This document shows positions 47,405 to 58,240 of a DNA stretch of 64,000 nucleotides, in pieces. Source of the DNA: Bacteroidota bacterium (GTDB taxonomy: Bacteria; Bacteroidota; Bacteroidia; Bacteroidales; UBA12077); assembly GCA_034661075.1 (NCBI GenBank), contig JAYEKP010000083.1, positions 220-64,219 on the forward strand. Reading direction: 5' to 3'. Positions within the stretch are counted from its first letter, which is position 1, and every line of letters starts with the position of its first letter. A program made the translations under genes and the position numbers. The notes under the pieces are model-generated. The model did no database searches, had not been told where the DNA came from, and worked only from the letters and a program-made list of their open reading frames with translations.

Positions 47405-48466
47405 ATGGCCAGAAAACTTTTTTTATTTGTTACAATTTTTTTTGTATCTATTCAATTGTGGCCGCAGGACAAAACTTTAGTGCTTGTGCATCCTACCGAA
47501 TATAATTTAAAACTTTTTACTTTTCTTGTTCATCAGGAGATCGTTAAGGTGGATGATTTAAAAATTATTGGGGTTTACCATGAAAAAGAGGCTTACGATT
47601 ATTCCCGTTCTATTTCATTGGTCGAAGAAAATACGGAGCTTCCTATCGTTTTAATAGAGGTGCATGACGATATCTATGTAAATAATCTTTATCAAAAAAA
47701 TAGCTGCACAGCATTTTATACAGAGATTTTTAACCGGAGCGATGGAATACTTTTTATGGGAGGGCCTGATTTACCTCCTGAGACTTACAATGAGCCCATG
47801 AACTTGTTGACCCGAATGACCGACCCCTACCGGCATTATTTTGAGGCATCTTTTTTGTTCCATCTAATTGGTGGCGGCCAAAACCCGAAGTTTGTGCCTT
47901 TACTTGAAAAGAAACCGGATTACCTGATTTATGCCATTTGCCTGGGCATGCAAACTATGAATGTTGCCGCAGGAGGTACTTTAGTACAGGATATTCCTTC
48001 GGAGATTTATGACTTGTATTTGGTTGAAGATATTTTAAACCAGGATAATCATCAGCAACACCGAAATTATAATAATCATTTATGGGTGGATACCACATTG
48101 TTCTCTGGTAATTTTCATCCAATTAATATTTTGGATACTAAACCTTTGGTAGGTGATTATTATCAAAATAAACAACCACTTGTTTACAGTAACCATCATC
48201 AGGCGATAGAGAAATTAGGGAAAGGCCTTAAAGTAATTGCCACCTCCGTTGATGGTAAAATTATTGAAGCCATAACCCATCAGCAATATCCAAATGTGTT
48301 GGGCATTCAGTTTCATCCTGAAGGAACATATTTGTACAATACGAAACTTAAATATCGTAAAACTCCAGAGGATGAAGTTAAATCAGGCAAAAAAATTCTT
48401 GAAGAAAATAATAGTTATCATTTTCATTTAAAGTTTTGGGAAACTTTTTCTAAAAAAATGAGGTAA
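47405..48466 (+). CDS. secreted class I glutamine amidotransferase-like / peptidase C26 (gamma-glutamyl hydrolase) family protein
   Basis: Signal peptide from MARKLF. Nucleophile elbow AICLGMQ and GIQFHPE His motif. Confidence 0.7.
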   Translation: MARKLFLFVTIFFVSIQLWPQDKTLVLVHPTEYNLKLFTFLVHQEIVKVDDLKIIGVYHEKEAYDYSRSISLVEENTELPIVLIEVHDDIYVNNLYQKNSCTAFYTEIFNRSDGILFMGGPDLPPETYNEPMNLLTRMTDPYRHYFEASFLFHLIGGGQNPKFVPLLEKKPDYLIYAICLGMQTMNVAAGGTLVQDIPSEIYDLYLVEDILNQDNHQQHRNYNNHLWVDTTLFSGNFHPINILDTKPLVGDYYQNKQPLVYSNHHQAIEKLGKGLKVIATSVDGKIIEAITHQQYPNVLGIQFHPEGTYLYNTKLKYRKTPEDEVKSGKKILEENNSYHFHLKFWETFSKKMR

Positions 48467-48632
48467 ACAAAAGAATATTTGGAAGAGATAAAAAACATAT
48501 TACACCTTACAATGCTGAAAAAAACAATATTTTTAAAAGGGAAAGGATTTGTTTTTGTAAGAATCTGATTCCTTTGGCATTATATTTGTTTTTAAAAATT
48601 ATATTTATTTTAATCATTAAAACCCAATCGTT

Positions 48633-49537
48633 ATGAAGAATTATTTTTTACCATTAACCCTGATTGCTCTTTTTTCTTTTCTATTCGTTAGTTGTGAAAA
48701 AGAGGAAGCTCCTGATGCTGCTTTTAGTGCATCTGAAGGCTCATCAATAAATACTGCGATAACTATTAATTTTACGGATAACTCATCAAATAGCCCTTCA
48801 GATTGGCTATGGACTTTCGAAGGAGGAACGCCTGCTACATCAACCGAAAAAAATCCTACCGTTACGTATACCACCTCCGGTACTTTTGATGTTACCCTTG
48901 AGGTAACCAATGACGGAGGATCAAATCAAGTTACGATGACGGACTATATTAATATTGTAAAATTTAATAATCCTACGCATACAGATATTGATATTACGAT
49001 AAACAGTAAAGATAAAACGATTCCTGTTGATGATTATGTATTATTTGCAAGTATTGACAATACTACTGTAAATATTGATGCAGAAACTCATGGAGCATCA
49101 GGTCCCGGGGATATAATTGGATTGTCGATTACCTGGGAAGGATCTGCTGATCTTAATGAACATAGTGCATGGAACTTGAATGTTAGTTCAGATTTTGTAT
49201 TTTTTATGTAACCAATTCAGGAACAGATAATCTTACACCATTTTATGTTAACTATGATACAACTGACGAATCTGAAGATAATATTATAATAGCAAACGAT
49301 GGGAATCCCATTCCAACGGGTTACTATTCTGCCAATTCAGGAATGGAAGTAAGAGCTTATTTTGAATCATCTCCTACGACTTATGTTCATTGGGATGAAG
49401 GAAATCATTTTACATTACCCTGGGAAGTAAATCAATATAAAAACTTAGGAAATACTAATAAAACAACAAAAGAACCCGAAAAAGAGAACGTCTTGGATCC
49501 TAACGTTGGAAACATTTATCAAACCGGAGTCAAATAG
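48633..49537 (+). pseudogene. PKD-domain lipoprotein, interrupted by a frameshift in a T6 run
   Basis: Lipobox FVSC and a PKD domain (FTDNSSNSPSDWLWTFEGGTPATSTEKNPTVTYTTSGTFDVTLEVTNDGG). The ORF stops at 49211, but the -1 frame is open from 49196 through 49537 and includes ORF 49343..49537. The junction lies in T6 at 49200-49205. Confidence 0.6.
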
Positions 49538-49587
49538 TTTTTTTACAAGTAAACATATAAGCTGCCTTTGTTTTAGAGGCAGCTTTT

Positions 49588-50814
49588 TTATGTTATCGAT
49601 TTTTCAATAATTTTTAGCATTACTTTCACGGCCTTTTCCATCGATTCAAGCGGGATAAACTCATATTTGCCATGGTAATTATGTCCCCCGGTAAAAAGAT
49701 TGGGGCAGGGGAGTCCCATATACGATAATCTTGCACCGTCGGTACCTCCGCGGATGGGTTTAACGTCTGGTGTAATTTCAAGGTCTAGCATGGCTTGTTT
49801 TGCATTCTCTACAATATGCATCACGGGTTCCACTTTTTCGCGCATATTGTAATATTGATCTTTTAGTTCAAGAGTAGCCACTTCCTCATTATATTTCTGA
49901 TTGGTTAGTGCAACAATATTTTTTATTATTTCTTTTTTATGTTCGAACTGCTGCTGGTTGTGATCGCGAATAATGTATTGTATTTCTGCATTTTCAACTG
50001 TGCCGTTAAATCTTATGATATGAAAAAAACCTTCATAATCCTGGGTTAGTTCAGGCCGTTGCTCCAGGGGTAACATATCATTCATTTCTGCAGCAACTAA
50101 AATGGCATTAATCATTCTTCCACGAGCATACCCGGGATGAATATTTCGGCCTTGAATTTTTATTTTTGCCGAGGCGGCATTAAAATTTTCATATTCCAGC
50201 TCTCCCAATGGGCCCCCGTCTAGTGTATAAGCATAATCGGCACCAAATTTTTGTATATCAAAATGATCTACTCCTTTCCCAATTTCCTCGTCGGGAGTAA
50301 AAGCCACTTTTATGGTACCATGTTTTATTTCCGGATTATTGATGAGGGTTTCAATAGCGGTCATGATTTCGGCAATACCGGCTTTATCATCCGCGCCAAG
50401 GAGGGTATCACCACTGGCTGTGATTATGGTTTGTCCGGTATAATTTTTTAGTTCGGGAAAATCTTTAACCGAAAGACAAACATTCAACTCTTTATTAATG
50501 GAGATATCTTTTCCATCGTAATTATCAAAAATTTGAGGTTTAACATCTTTGCCGCTTATATCGGGGGCAGTATCCATGTGTGCAAAAAAACCAATCACCG
50601 GGATATCCTTTTTTATATTCGATGGCAAGGTAGCGGTAACATACCCATAGTTGTCCAGTTCCACTTCAGCTAAACCTAAGTTTTTTAATTCTTTTTCAAG
50701 CAATCGGGCTAAGTCCAATTGTTTTTGTGTGCTTGGATAAGTTTTGGAATTTTCGTCCGATTGGGTATCGATTTGTATATATCTTAAAAAACGGTTTAAA
50801 ATTATATCTTTCAT
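49588..50814 (-). CDS. pepT: peptidase T (tripeptide aminopeptidase)
   Basis: Start at MKDIILNRFLRYIQIDTQS. M20B motifs HMDT, GADDKAG and FTPDEEIG. Confidence 0.9.
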   Translation of the reverse strand: MKDIILNRFLRYIQIDTQSDENSKTYPSTQKQLDLARLLEKELKNLGLAEVELDNYGYVTATLPSNIKKDIPVIGFFAHMDTAPDISGKDVKPQIFDNYDGKDISINKELNVCLSVKDFPELKNYTGQTIITASGDTLLGADDKAGIAEIMTAIETLINNPEIKHGTIKVAFTPDEEIGKGVDHFDIQKFGADYAYTLDGGPLGELEYENFNAASAKIKIQGRNIHPGYARGRMINAILVAAEMNDMLPLEQRPELTQDYEGFFHIIRFNGTVENAEIQYIIRDHNQQQFEHKKEIIKNIVALTNQKYNEEVATLELKDQYYNMREKVEPVMHIVENAKQAMLDLEITPDVKPIRGGTDGARLSYMGLPCPNLFTGGHNYHGKYEFIPLESMEKAVKVMLKIIEKSIT

Positions 50815-50853
50815 ACACAATGTTATGTTATAAAGTTTCTTCAAACAAAATAC

Positions 50854-52755
50854 TTAATAAGCCCGTAAATTTTTTCCCTCAATAAAGTTGATAAACGATT
50901 TGTTGACCACTTTGTTTCCTCCCGGAGTGGGATATTTGCCGGTAAAATACCAATCGCCGGTATCGTTAGGGCATGCAGCATGTAAATTTTCAATGGTTTG
51001 GTAAACAATCTCAATGTCGGCATGGAGGTTTTTGGATTTTAGCATTTCAGCAATTTTTGCAGAGATTTGTTCAGGAGTAAAGGGTTTGTAAATTTCTTTT
51101 ACATAATTTACAATTTGTTCTTTAGGCAGGTTTTCCTGAGCCTTTGATTTTTTATACACTTCATTAATAATATTTTCTTTCCCCGACTCTTTGAGTAAAG
51201 CAATTGCGGCTCTAAAAGCAACAAAATCGTTTAACTTGGCCATGTCAATACCATAACAATCCGGATAACGAATTTGGGGAGAGGATGAAACCACAATAAT
51301 TTTTTTTGGTTTTAAACGGTCGAGAATTTTCAAAATACTCTCTCTTAGGGTTGTCCCCCTTACAATGGAATCGTCTATTACTACTAGTGTGTCAATATTT
51401 TCTCGAACGGTGCCGTAAGTAATATCATAAACGTGCCCTACCAGGTCGTTTCGTCCTTTATCCTGCGCAATAAAAGTTCTGAGTTTAATATCTTTAATGG
51501 CAATTTTTTCTACGCGGACTTTTTTCGACATAATCTTATCATACGATTGTTCGTTAAGCTTGCTGCCCAGTTTTAATATTTCTTTTCGTTGTTCTTTTAA
51601 AAGATAACTTTTAAGTTCGTCCACCATTCCATAAAAAGCAGTTTCTGATGTGTTGGGGATGAAAGAAAAAACGGTGTTTTCCAAATCATGGTTAATGGCT
51701 TGTAATATTTGGGGTATCAGTAATCTGCCCAATTGTTTTCTTTCCTGATAAATATCTTTGTCACTTCCTCTGGAAAAGTAGATTCTTTCAAACGAACAGG
51801 AACTTCGTTTTTGAGGTACGCGGATCTCTTCATTTAATATGCTGCCGTCTCGTTTAATAATAAGAGCTCCTCCAGGTGTTATTTCTTTTATCGATTCGGC
51901 CTTAACATTCATCACTGTTTGTATTACGGGCCTTTCGGAAGCAACAACCACAATTTCTTCATCTTTATAATAAAATCCGGGCCTTATCCCCCAGGGATCA
52001 CGCATAACAAAAGCATCTCCATGGCCTATCATTCCTCCAATAGTGTATCCGCCATCCCAATCTCTGCTTGCTTCTTGCAATACTTTGCCCAAATCAAGAT
52101 TTTGGGCAATAAGGGTAGAGATTTCTTTATTGGTAATCCCTTCGTTTTTATATTGCCGGAAAAGGTATTGATTTGCTTCGTCGAGAAAATGGCCTACTTT
52201 TTCCAGTACAGTAACCGTATCTGAATACTCTTTGGGATGTTGGCCTAGGTCAATAAGCACTTTAAATAACTCGTCTACGTTGGTCATATTAAAGTTTCCG
52301 GCCATAATAAGGTTCCTGGATTTCCAGTTATTTTCTCTCATAATGGGCTGTACAAATTCAATATCATCACCTCCGAAAGTTCCATAGCGTAAGTGTCCAA
52401 AATATAATTCAGCGGCGGAAGGTAAATTTTCTTTTGCCCATATCGGATCTTTTAGTAAATCAGGATTTTTTTCTTCAATAATTTCGTGGTAGTTATTTAC
52501 TTCTGCAAACACTTCTTTTATGGGAGAATCTCCATTTGAGCGAAATCGGTGAATGTATTTTTTGCCGGGAGACAGATCAAATTTTAAGGTTGCCAGTCCG
52601 GCGCCGTCTTGCCCACGGTTGTGTTGTTTTTCCATCAGTAAATACAGCTTTTGTAAGCCGTACATCCACGAGCCGTATTTAGACTGGTAATATTTGAGAG
52701 GTTTTAATAACCGGATAAGTGTAATACCGCATTCGTGTTTAATCTGGTCGCTCAT
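50854..52755 (-). CDS. purF: amidophosphoribosyltransferase (long Bacteroidota type)
   Basis: An N-terminal propeptide followed by CGI (HECGITLI) marks a class II glutaminase. The C-terminal PRT loop is VVIDDSIVRGTT. Confidence 0.88.
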   Translation of the reverse strand: MSDQIKHECGITLIRLLKPLKYYQSKYGSWMYGLQKLYLLMEKQHNRGQDGAGLATLKFDLSPGKKYIHRFRSNGDSPIKEVFAEVNNYHEIIEEKNPDLLKDPIWAKENLPSAAELYFGHLRYGTFGGDDIEFVQPIMRENNWKSRNLIMAGNFNMTNVDELFKVLIDLGQHPKEYSDTVTVLEKVGHFLDEANQYLFRQYKNEGITNKEISTLIAQNLDLGKVLQEASRDWDGGYTIGGMIGHGDAFVMRDPWGIRPGFYYKDEEIVVVASERPVIQTVMNVKAESIKEITPGGALIIKRDGSILNEEIRVPQKRSSCSFERIYFSRGSDKDIYQERKQLGRLLIPQILQAINHDLENTVFSFIPNTSETAFYGMVDELKSYLLKEQRKEILKLGSKLNEQSYDKIMSKKVRVEKIAIKDIKLRTFIAQDKGRNDLVGHVYDITYGTVRENIDTLVVIDDSIVRGTTLRESILKILDRLKPKKIIVVSSSPQIRYPDCYGIDMAKLNDFVAFRAAIALLKESGKENIINEVYKKSKAQENLPKEQIVNYVKEIYKPFTPEQISAKIAEMLKSKNLHADIEIVYQTIENLHAACPNDTGDWYFTGKYPTPGGNKVVNKSFINFIEGKNLRAY

Positions 52756-53710
52756 TGTTTTGTTTCTGTTTATTCATTTCTATTACTTTTTCAGCAATAT
52801 GGCCTGATGTTAATCCATATTTTTGCATGAGTTCTTCCGGTTTCCCGGATTCGCCAAACTGATCGTTCATGCCAATCATTTTAACTTTTACAGGATGCTC
52901 TTTGACCAGTACCTCGGCAACAGCACTACCCAGTCCTCCATAAATCTGATGTTCTTCGGCTGTTACAATTAATTCTGTTTCTTTAGCGGCTTTAATAATT
53001 ATATCCTCATCAATGGGTTTAATGGTGTGGATATTAATGACCCTTACGTCAATATTGTGTTTTTCGAGCTGGTATGCAGCTTGTAAAGCTTCCCATACCA
53101 GGTGTCCTGTAGCTATAATGGTAACATCTTTTCCATCTTTAAGCAATTGCCCTTTGCCCACTTCGAAAGGTAAATCTTCCGTTGTAAAATCAGGGACTGC
53201 TTCCCGGCCAAAACGAATATATGCCGGCCCGTTAACTTGCTCAACCGAGGCAATGGTTGCCAGTTTCGTTTGCGTGGCATCGCATGGTGAAAGGACGGTC
53301 ATGTTAGGCAGTACCCGCATAATGGCAATATCTTCTAAAGCCTGATGAGTAGCTCCATCTGGGCCTACTGATATTCCGGCATGTGCACCGCCAATTTTTA
53401 CCGGAAGGTTATTATAACAAATCGATATTCTAACTTGGTCGGTGGCCCGTAAAGCCGAGAAAACACCATAAGTGGTTGCAAAAGGAATTTTACCACCCAG
53501 GGCAAATCCTGCCGCTGCTCCCATAATATTTTGTTCGGCTATGCCAAACGAGAAAAATCGGTTAGGAAAAGCTTCTTTAAAAAAGTTAACACTTACAGAA
53601 GAGGTGATGTCTGCACCTAAAGCAACAACATTTGGATATTTCTCGCCTAAAGACTTTAGTCCTTCGCCAAATCCGAAACGTGTGGGTTTTAATTGCTTTA
53701 AGGTAAACAT
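52739..53710 (-). CDS. transketolase, C-terminal (pyrimidine-binding) subunit
   Basis: 323 aa. FGIAEQNIMGAAAGFA and GPDGATHQALEDIAIMR. Confidence 0.9.
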   Translation of the reverse strand: MFTLKQLKPTRFGFGEGLKSLGEKYPNVVALGADITSSVSVNFFKEAFPNRFFSFGIAEQNIMGAAAGFALGGKIPFATTYGVFSALRATDQVRISICYNNLPVKIGGAHAGISVGPDGATHQALEDIAIMRVLPNMTVLSPCDATQTKLATIASVEQVNGPAYIRFGREAVPDFTTEDLPFEVGKGQLLKDGKDVTIIATGHLVWEALQAAYQLEKHNIDVRVINIHTIKPIDEDIIIKAAKETELIVTAEEHQIYGGLGSAVAEVLVKEHPVKVKMIGMNDQFGESGKPEELMQKYGLTSGHIAEKVIEMNKQKQNNERPD

Positions 53711-53716
53711 TGTTTT

Positions 53717-54550
53717 TTATTGATTTTGTTCCAGTTCTTGAATAAACGCATCAACCTGTTCGGGTTTAGGTGGTTTTCCGTGCCAGCGATAATCATCTTC
53801 AATACTTTTTACTCCTTTTCCCATGTGGGTTTTAGCCATTATTACCACAGGCCCTTTTTCCCAGTCTATAGCTTTTTTGTAGGTGGCAATAATCTCTTTA
53901 TGCTTATGCCCGTTACACGATAACACTTTCCAACCAAATGATTCGAATTTATCTTTGAGCGGTTCAACTTCCATTACGTCTGAATTTTTTCCGTCTATTT
54001 GCACATAATTTCTATCGACCAAAGCCACCAAATTATTCAATTGGTAATGCGAAGCACTCATGGTAGCTTCCCAAATGGCTCCTTCTTGTAACTCTCCATC
54101 GCCGTGAATAGAAAATACATTCCATGTTTTTTTATCCATTTTTTCGGCTAAAGCTAAACCAACAGCTACCGATAATCCTTGCCCCAGTGATCCGGCTGAT
54201 AATTCGATCCCGGGCAGTCCGTGTTCTTTGCCCGGATGGCCCTGTAAACGTGAGCCTAATTTGCGCAATGTCATTAATTCTTTTGGATTAAAATAACCGC
54301 TATGTGCAAGCGCAGCATAAAATACCGGGGCAACATGGCCAATGGACAAGATAAGGCGGTCGCGATGATCCCAATCTGGTATATCGGGTTTATGATTTAA
54401 GATATTAAAATACAGGCAGGTAAAAATATCAGCCAGCCCTAATGAGCCACCCAAGTGCCCAGAGCCAGCTTCGGCTAAACTCCGCACAACATCTTTGCGT
54501 ATCTCCAAAGAAATTTTTTTTAACGCTTGGATATTATTAATTACAGGCAT
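53717..54550 (-). CDS. transketolase, N-terminal (TPP-binding) subunit
   Basis: 277 aa. GSGHLGGSLG, GHVAP and the GDGELQEG TPP motif. Confidence 0.9.
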   Translation of the reverse strand: MPVINNIQALKKISLEIRKDVVRSLAEAGSGHLGGSLGLADIFTCLYFNILNHKPDIPDWDHRDRLILSIGHVAPVFYAALAHSGYFNPKELMTLRKLGSRLQGHPGKEHGLPGIELSAGSLGQGLSVAVGLALAEKMDKKTWNVFSIHGDGELQEGAIWEATMSASHYQLNNLVALVDRNYVQIDGKNSDVMEVEPLKDKFESFGWKVLSCNGHKHKEIIATYKKAIDWEKGPVVIMAKTHMGKGVKSIEDDYRWHGKPPKPEQVDAFIQELEQNQ

Positions 54551-54562
54551 AAAGCAAATATT

Positions 54563-55033
54563 TTATTCTTCAAGTGAAGGATAATTTATTTCATCAGGAA
54601 CAATAAAAGCTGCCGGGAAATAATGTTTTATACGCTTAAATTTTTTCATAGCATCAATCTTTGTTCTAAAATCGCCCACGTAAACTTTAAAATAGGGATT
54701 ATCATATTCTCTGTAAACTGGAATATCAGGAAACTTATCAAAAAAATCGACTTTAACTTTTTGCGAATTTTCCCGGGCATCACTTCCAATATCATTAAAA
54801 ATACGAATTCTATATCCCGGTACACCAGCTTTTCGTTTATTTTGCTCGATATGATTGTATATTAAATTATTCACTCTAATATCTTGCGAAATAGTAACAT
54901 CTCCGCTGCCCGGTTCATCTTTTTCAATTCGTGATAAAATATCGGTGCCTGCGGATGAAATTTGGCTATAACCATGAATAACCGGTAAAAGCAACAATAA
55001 AATTGAATATATTAGCCTGCTACAATTTTTCAT
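54563..55033 (-). CDS. SPOR domain-containing protein
   Basis: Signal peptide, then a C-terminal roughly 75-aa block (GYRIRIFNDIGSDARE...YFKVYVGDFRTKIDAMKKFKRIK) typical of SPOR domains. Confidence 0.65.
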   Translation of the reverse strand: MKNCSRLIYSILLLLLPVIHGYSQISSAGTDILSRIEKDEPGSGDVTISQDIRVNNLIYNHIEQNKRKAGVPGYRIRIFNDIGSDARENSQKVKVDFFDKFPDIPVYREYDNPYFKVYVGDFRTKIDAMKKFKRIKHYFPAAFIVPDEINYPSLEE

Positions 55034-55217
55034 GTGTTTATTTTTTTATTGTTTTTAAGGTCAAATGCCTGCCTGTCCTCCTCCGGCGGATAAATTCGGC
55101 AGACAGGTAATCGCATAATTAAAATAATCATTTTGTTTGGTATGTAAATGTTATGCTTATTTCATAATTTTTTAGATTTTATAAAGCAAAATTAATCAAT
55201 TTTTATCAGAAAAGAGG

Positions 55218-55676
55218 TTACCAACTGACCCTATGTTTTTCATCAACATCAATTGTTTTTATGTATAGAAACGAACGGGCTTTTACTTTTCCTGTTATTT
55301 GAATTTCAAGATTTTTCATATTTCTTAATCTATACATCGATAATGCGCCTGAAAGAAAATTCGAAAGTTCTAATTGAACCGGGAAGGTTTGAATATTATC
55401 AAATTTCGAAGGAATCACAATTTTTTCAGGATTGGTCATTATCCCCAAATGCTTTCCATTAATAGAAATATCGAAATCCATATCAATAATTTTGATTTTA
55501 AAGTTTCCCGGATTGGTTACCGGAAGTTCTAGCTCAAGGCCTACAAGATTATTTTCTATACTTTTTAAGCGAACATCTTTGATATCTCCAATCTGAAGTT
55601 CTTTAACCGAAGAGCATCCGGAGATTAAAAGTATTAATAAGAGGATGCTAACTATTTGATTTATTGATTTGCTCAT
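55218..55676 (-). CDS. LEA_2/NDR1-like lipoprotein, hypothetical
   Basis: Lipobox LISGCSS. The beta-sandwich pattern (VGLELELPVTNPGNFKIKIIDMDFDISINGKHLG) resembles LEA type 2 domains. Confidence 0.4.
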   Translation of the reverse strand: MSKSINQIVSILLLILLISGCSSVKELQIGDIKDVRLKSIENNLVGLELELPVTNPGNFKIKIIDMDFDISINGKHLGIMTNPEKIVIPSKFDNIQTFPVQLELSNFLSGALSMYRLRNMKNLEIQITGKVKARSFLYIKTIDVDEKHRVSW

Positions 55677-55688
55677 TTTTTTATTTAT

Positions 55689-57179
55689 TTATTGTTGCCA
55701 GCCTTTTGCTTTTTCCACAGCTTTTTTCCATCCATTATATAATTTTATTCTTTTTGTTTCTTCCATAAACGGATGAAAAACCTTTTCTATTTTTCTTTTA
55801 TTAATAATTTCTTCCATTGACCAGAAATTTGTTGCCAGGCCGGCTAGCAAGGCAGCTCCCAGTGCAGTTGTTTCAACATTTTTCGGGCGAATAACATCAA
55901 CATTTAGGATATTGGACTGAAACTGCATTAAAAAATTATTTACCGATGCTCCACCATCAACATTAAGGGCTTTTAACCGGATTCCCGAATCTTTTTCCAT
56001 GGCTTTTAACACATCCATGGTTTGGTATGCCAAAGATTCAAGGGTTGAACGAATAATATGTTTATCGGTAACTCCCTGGGTTAATCCAAGAATGGCTCCA
56101 CGGGCATACATATCCCAGTAAGGAGCCCCAAGTCCGGTGAAAGCAGGAACAACATATATTTCCTCGGTATCTTCTGTTTCGTTCGCAATTTTTTCTGTTT
56201 GGTTGGCTGACTGGATTAAATGTAAGGCATCGCGCAACCATTTAATAGCCGCTCCGGCAATAAATACACTCCCTTCCAGCGCATAATTTATTTTATTGTT
56301 TATTCCCCAGGCAATGGTTGTGACCAGTCCTGAATGCGACTCTACCATTTTTTCGCCGGTATTCATTAACATAAAACATCCTGTACCGTAAGTATTTTTT
56401 GCGGTTCCTTTACTAAGGCATGTTTGCCCAAAAAGTGCAGCTTGCTGATCTCCTGCAATTCCAGATATGGGTATTTCGGTGCCCAAAATTTTTGGGTCAG
56501 TTACACCAACAATTTCAGAAGTACCTTTTACTTCGGGTAAAATATGTTGTGGGATTGCAAATAGGTCCAGCAATTTTTTATCCCATTGTAGGGTGTGGAT
56601 ATTAAACAGCATGGTTCGCGAAGCATTGGAATAGTCGGTAATATGTAATTTGCCCCCGGTTAGTTTCCAAATCAGCCAGGTATCGATGGTTCCGGCAAGA
56701 ATTTCGCCTTTTTCTGTTTTTTCTTTAACGCCCGCAATATTTTGTACTATCCAATGGATTTTTGTTGCTGAGAAATAGGAGTCGATAATTAAACCGGTAT
56801 TTTTTTTGATGTACTCACTCCATCCCTGGTTATGGAGTTTTTTACAAAAGTCGGCCGTTCGTTTATCCTGCCAAACAATAGCATTGTATACTGGTTTTCC
56901 AGTTTTTTTATCCCATAAAATAATAGTTTCGCGTTGATTAGCAATTCCTATAGCTGCAATTTCTGTAGGTTTAACATTTGATTTTTGGATAAGGGTTTTT
57001 GCTGTATTTATTTGCGATTCCCAGATTTCTTTGGGATCATGTTCAACCCAGCCGGGATGAGGGTAATATTGATTAAACTCTTTTTGCTGAACAGCTATAA
57101 TCAGGGCATTTTTATCAAAAAGTAACGATCTGGAGCTTGATGTTCCCTGGTCGAGAGATAATATAAATTTTTTTTGCAT
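55689..57179 (-). CDS. glpK: glycerol kinase
   Basis: Start at [21 protein letters not shown]-family motifs are present throughout, including [10 protein letters not shown] and [14 protein letters not shown]. Confidence 0.97.
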   Translation of the reverse strand: MQKKFILSLDQGTSSSRSLLFDKNALIIAVQQKEFNQYYPHPGWVEHDPKEIWESQINTAKTLIQKSNVKPTEIAAIGIANQRETIILWDKKTGKPVYNAIVWQDKRTADFCKKLHNQGWSEYIKKNTGLIIDSYFSATKIHWIVQNIAGVKEKTEKGEILAGTIDTWLIWKLTGGKLHITDYSNASRTMLFNIHTLQWDKKLLDLFAIPQHILPEVKGTSEIVGVTDPKILGTEIPISGIAGDQQAALFGQTCLSKGTAKNTYGTGCFMLMNTGEKMVESHSGLVTTIAWGINNKINYALEGSVFIAGAAIKWLRDALHLIQSANQTEKIANETEDTEEIYVVPAFTGLGAPYWDMYARGAILGLTQGVTDKHIIRSTLESLAYQTMDVLKAMEKDSGIRLKALNVDGGASVNNFLMQFQSNILNVDVIRPKNVETTALGAALLAGLATNFWSMEEIINKRKIEKVFHPFMEETKRIKLYNGWKKAVEKAKGWQQ

Positions 57180-57281
57180 AGTTAATTTAATCAAGGCTTA
57201 AATTTACAATTTTAAATTGTAAGGATAAAAAAAACGGCTATTCCCAATATTGAAACAGCCGCTGACAAATATTTTTAAATA

Positions 57282-58025
57282 TTATTCCATTGCTGCTGCA
57301 ACCTCATCCGTTAGTTCAAGGTTATGATAAACATTTTGTACATCGTCATCATCTTCAAAAGCATCGATCATTTTCATTACTCTTAATGCTGCATCTACAT
57401 CCAGTGCTTTTGTATCATTAGGAATTCTTTGCAATCCTGCATTTTCTACTTCAACACCTAATTCATCAAGTTTTTTCTGGACGTTCCCAAAATCTTCTTT
57501 TGCAGTGGTAATTGTGATTATATCATCTTCTATTTCAATATCCTCAGCACCGGCATCTATCACTTCCAGTTCAAAGTCATCTAAATTAATATCCTCATTT
57601 TTTAGGACGGTAAAAATGCTCTTCGTTTCAAAAAGGAAAGACAACGAACCATTTTTTCCCAGGCTCCCGCCATATTTAGTAAAGATAGCTCTTACGCTGC
57701 TTACAGTGCGGTTTCGATTATTGGAAAGGCAATCCACATAAACGGCTATTCCATTGGGAGCATATCCTTCAAAGGTAATTTCTTCAAAGTTTTCGCCTTC
57801 TTTATCTGCTTTACTAATGGCTCGTTCAACATTGTCTTTAGGCATGTTTACCCCTTTGGCATTATTCATGGCCAGGCGTAATCGTGGGTTTGCTTCCGGA
57901 TCGGGGCCGCCTTCTTTTACTGCTACAGAAATTTCTTTTACAATTTTGGAAAACATTTTGGAGCGCTTTGCATCGGCAGCTCCTTTCTTTCTCTTAATGG
58001 TTGACCATTTACTGTGACCTGACAT
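57282..58025 (-). CDS. YebC/PmpR family DNA-binding transcriptional regulator
   Basis: MSGHSKWSTIKRKKGAADAKRSKMFSK is the canonical N-terminus. Confidence 0.93.
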   Translation of the reverse strand: MSGHSKWSTIKRKKGAADAKRSKMFSKIVKEISVAVKEGGPDPEANPRLRLAMNNAKGVNMPKDNVERAISKADKEGENFEEITFEGYAPNGIAVYVDCLSNNRNRTVSSVRAIFTKYGGSLGKNGSLSFLFETKSIFTVLKNEDINLDDFELEVIDAGAEDIEIEDDIITITTAKEDFGNVQKKLDELGVEVENAGLQRIPNDTKALDVDAALRVMKMIDAFEDDDDVQNVYHNLELTDEVAAAME

Positions 58026-58240
58026 ATTAATAAATATTAACTGTTAATACTTTATTGAAAATAGGAGGGTAAAAATACTAAAAATTAAAAAGCCTGTAAA
58101 AGAATATGATAAATATTTATGCAGATATGATTTCTTAAAATTTATTTCAGACATTTTTGTCTTTTTCTGTTAAAGAATATTTTTTTGATAACAATTGGCA
58201 TTTAAATTTTAATAAATTTGCAGAAATTAAATATAGTACG

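Noticed and set aside
55060-55130. GC-rich patch (GCCTGCCTGTCCTCCTCCGGCGG...GGCAGACAGG) between the SPOR gene and the LEA_2-like gene.
   Set aside because: Only a 6-bp stem (CCTGTC/GACAGG) with a long loop can be drawn. It is most simply a weak terminator for the upstream minus-strand gene, and no repeat copies were seen elsewhere in the window.
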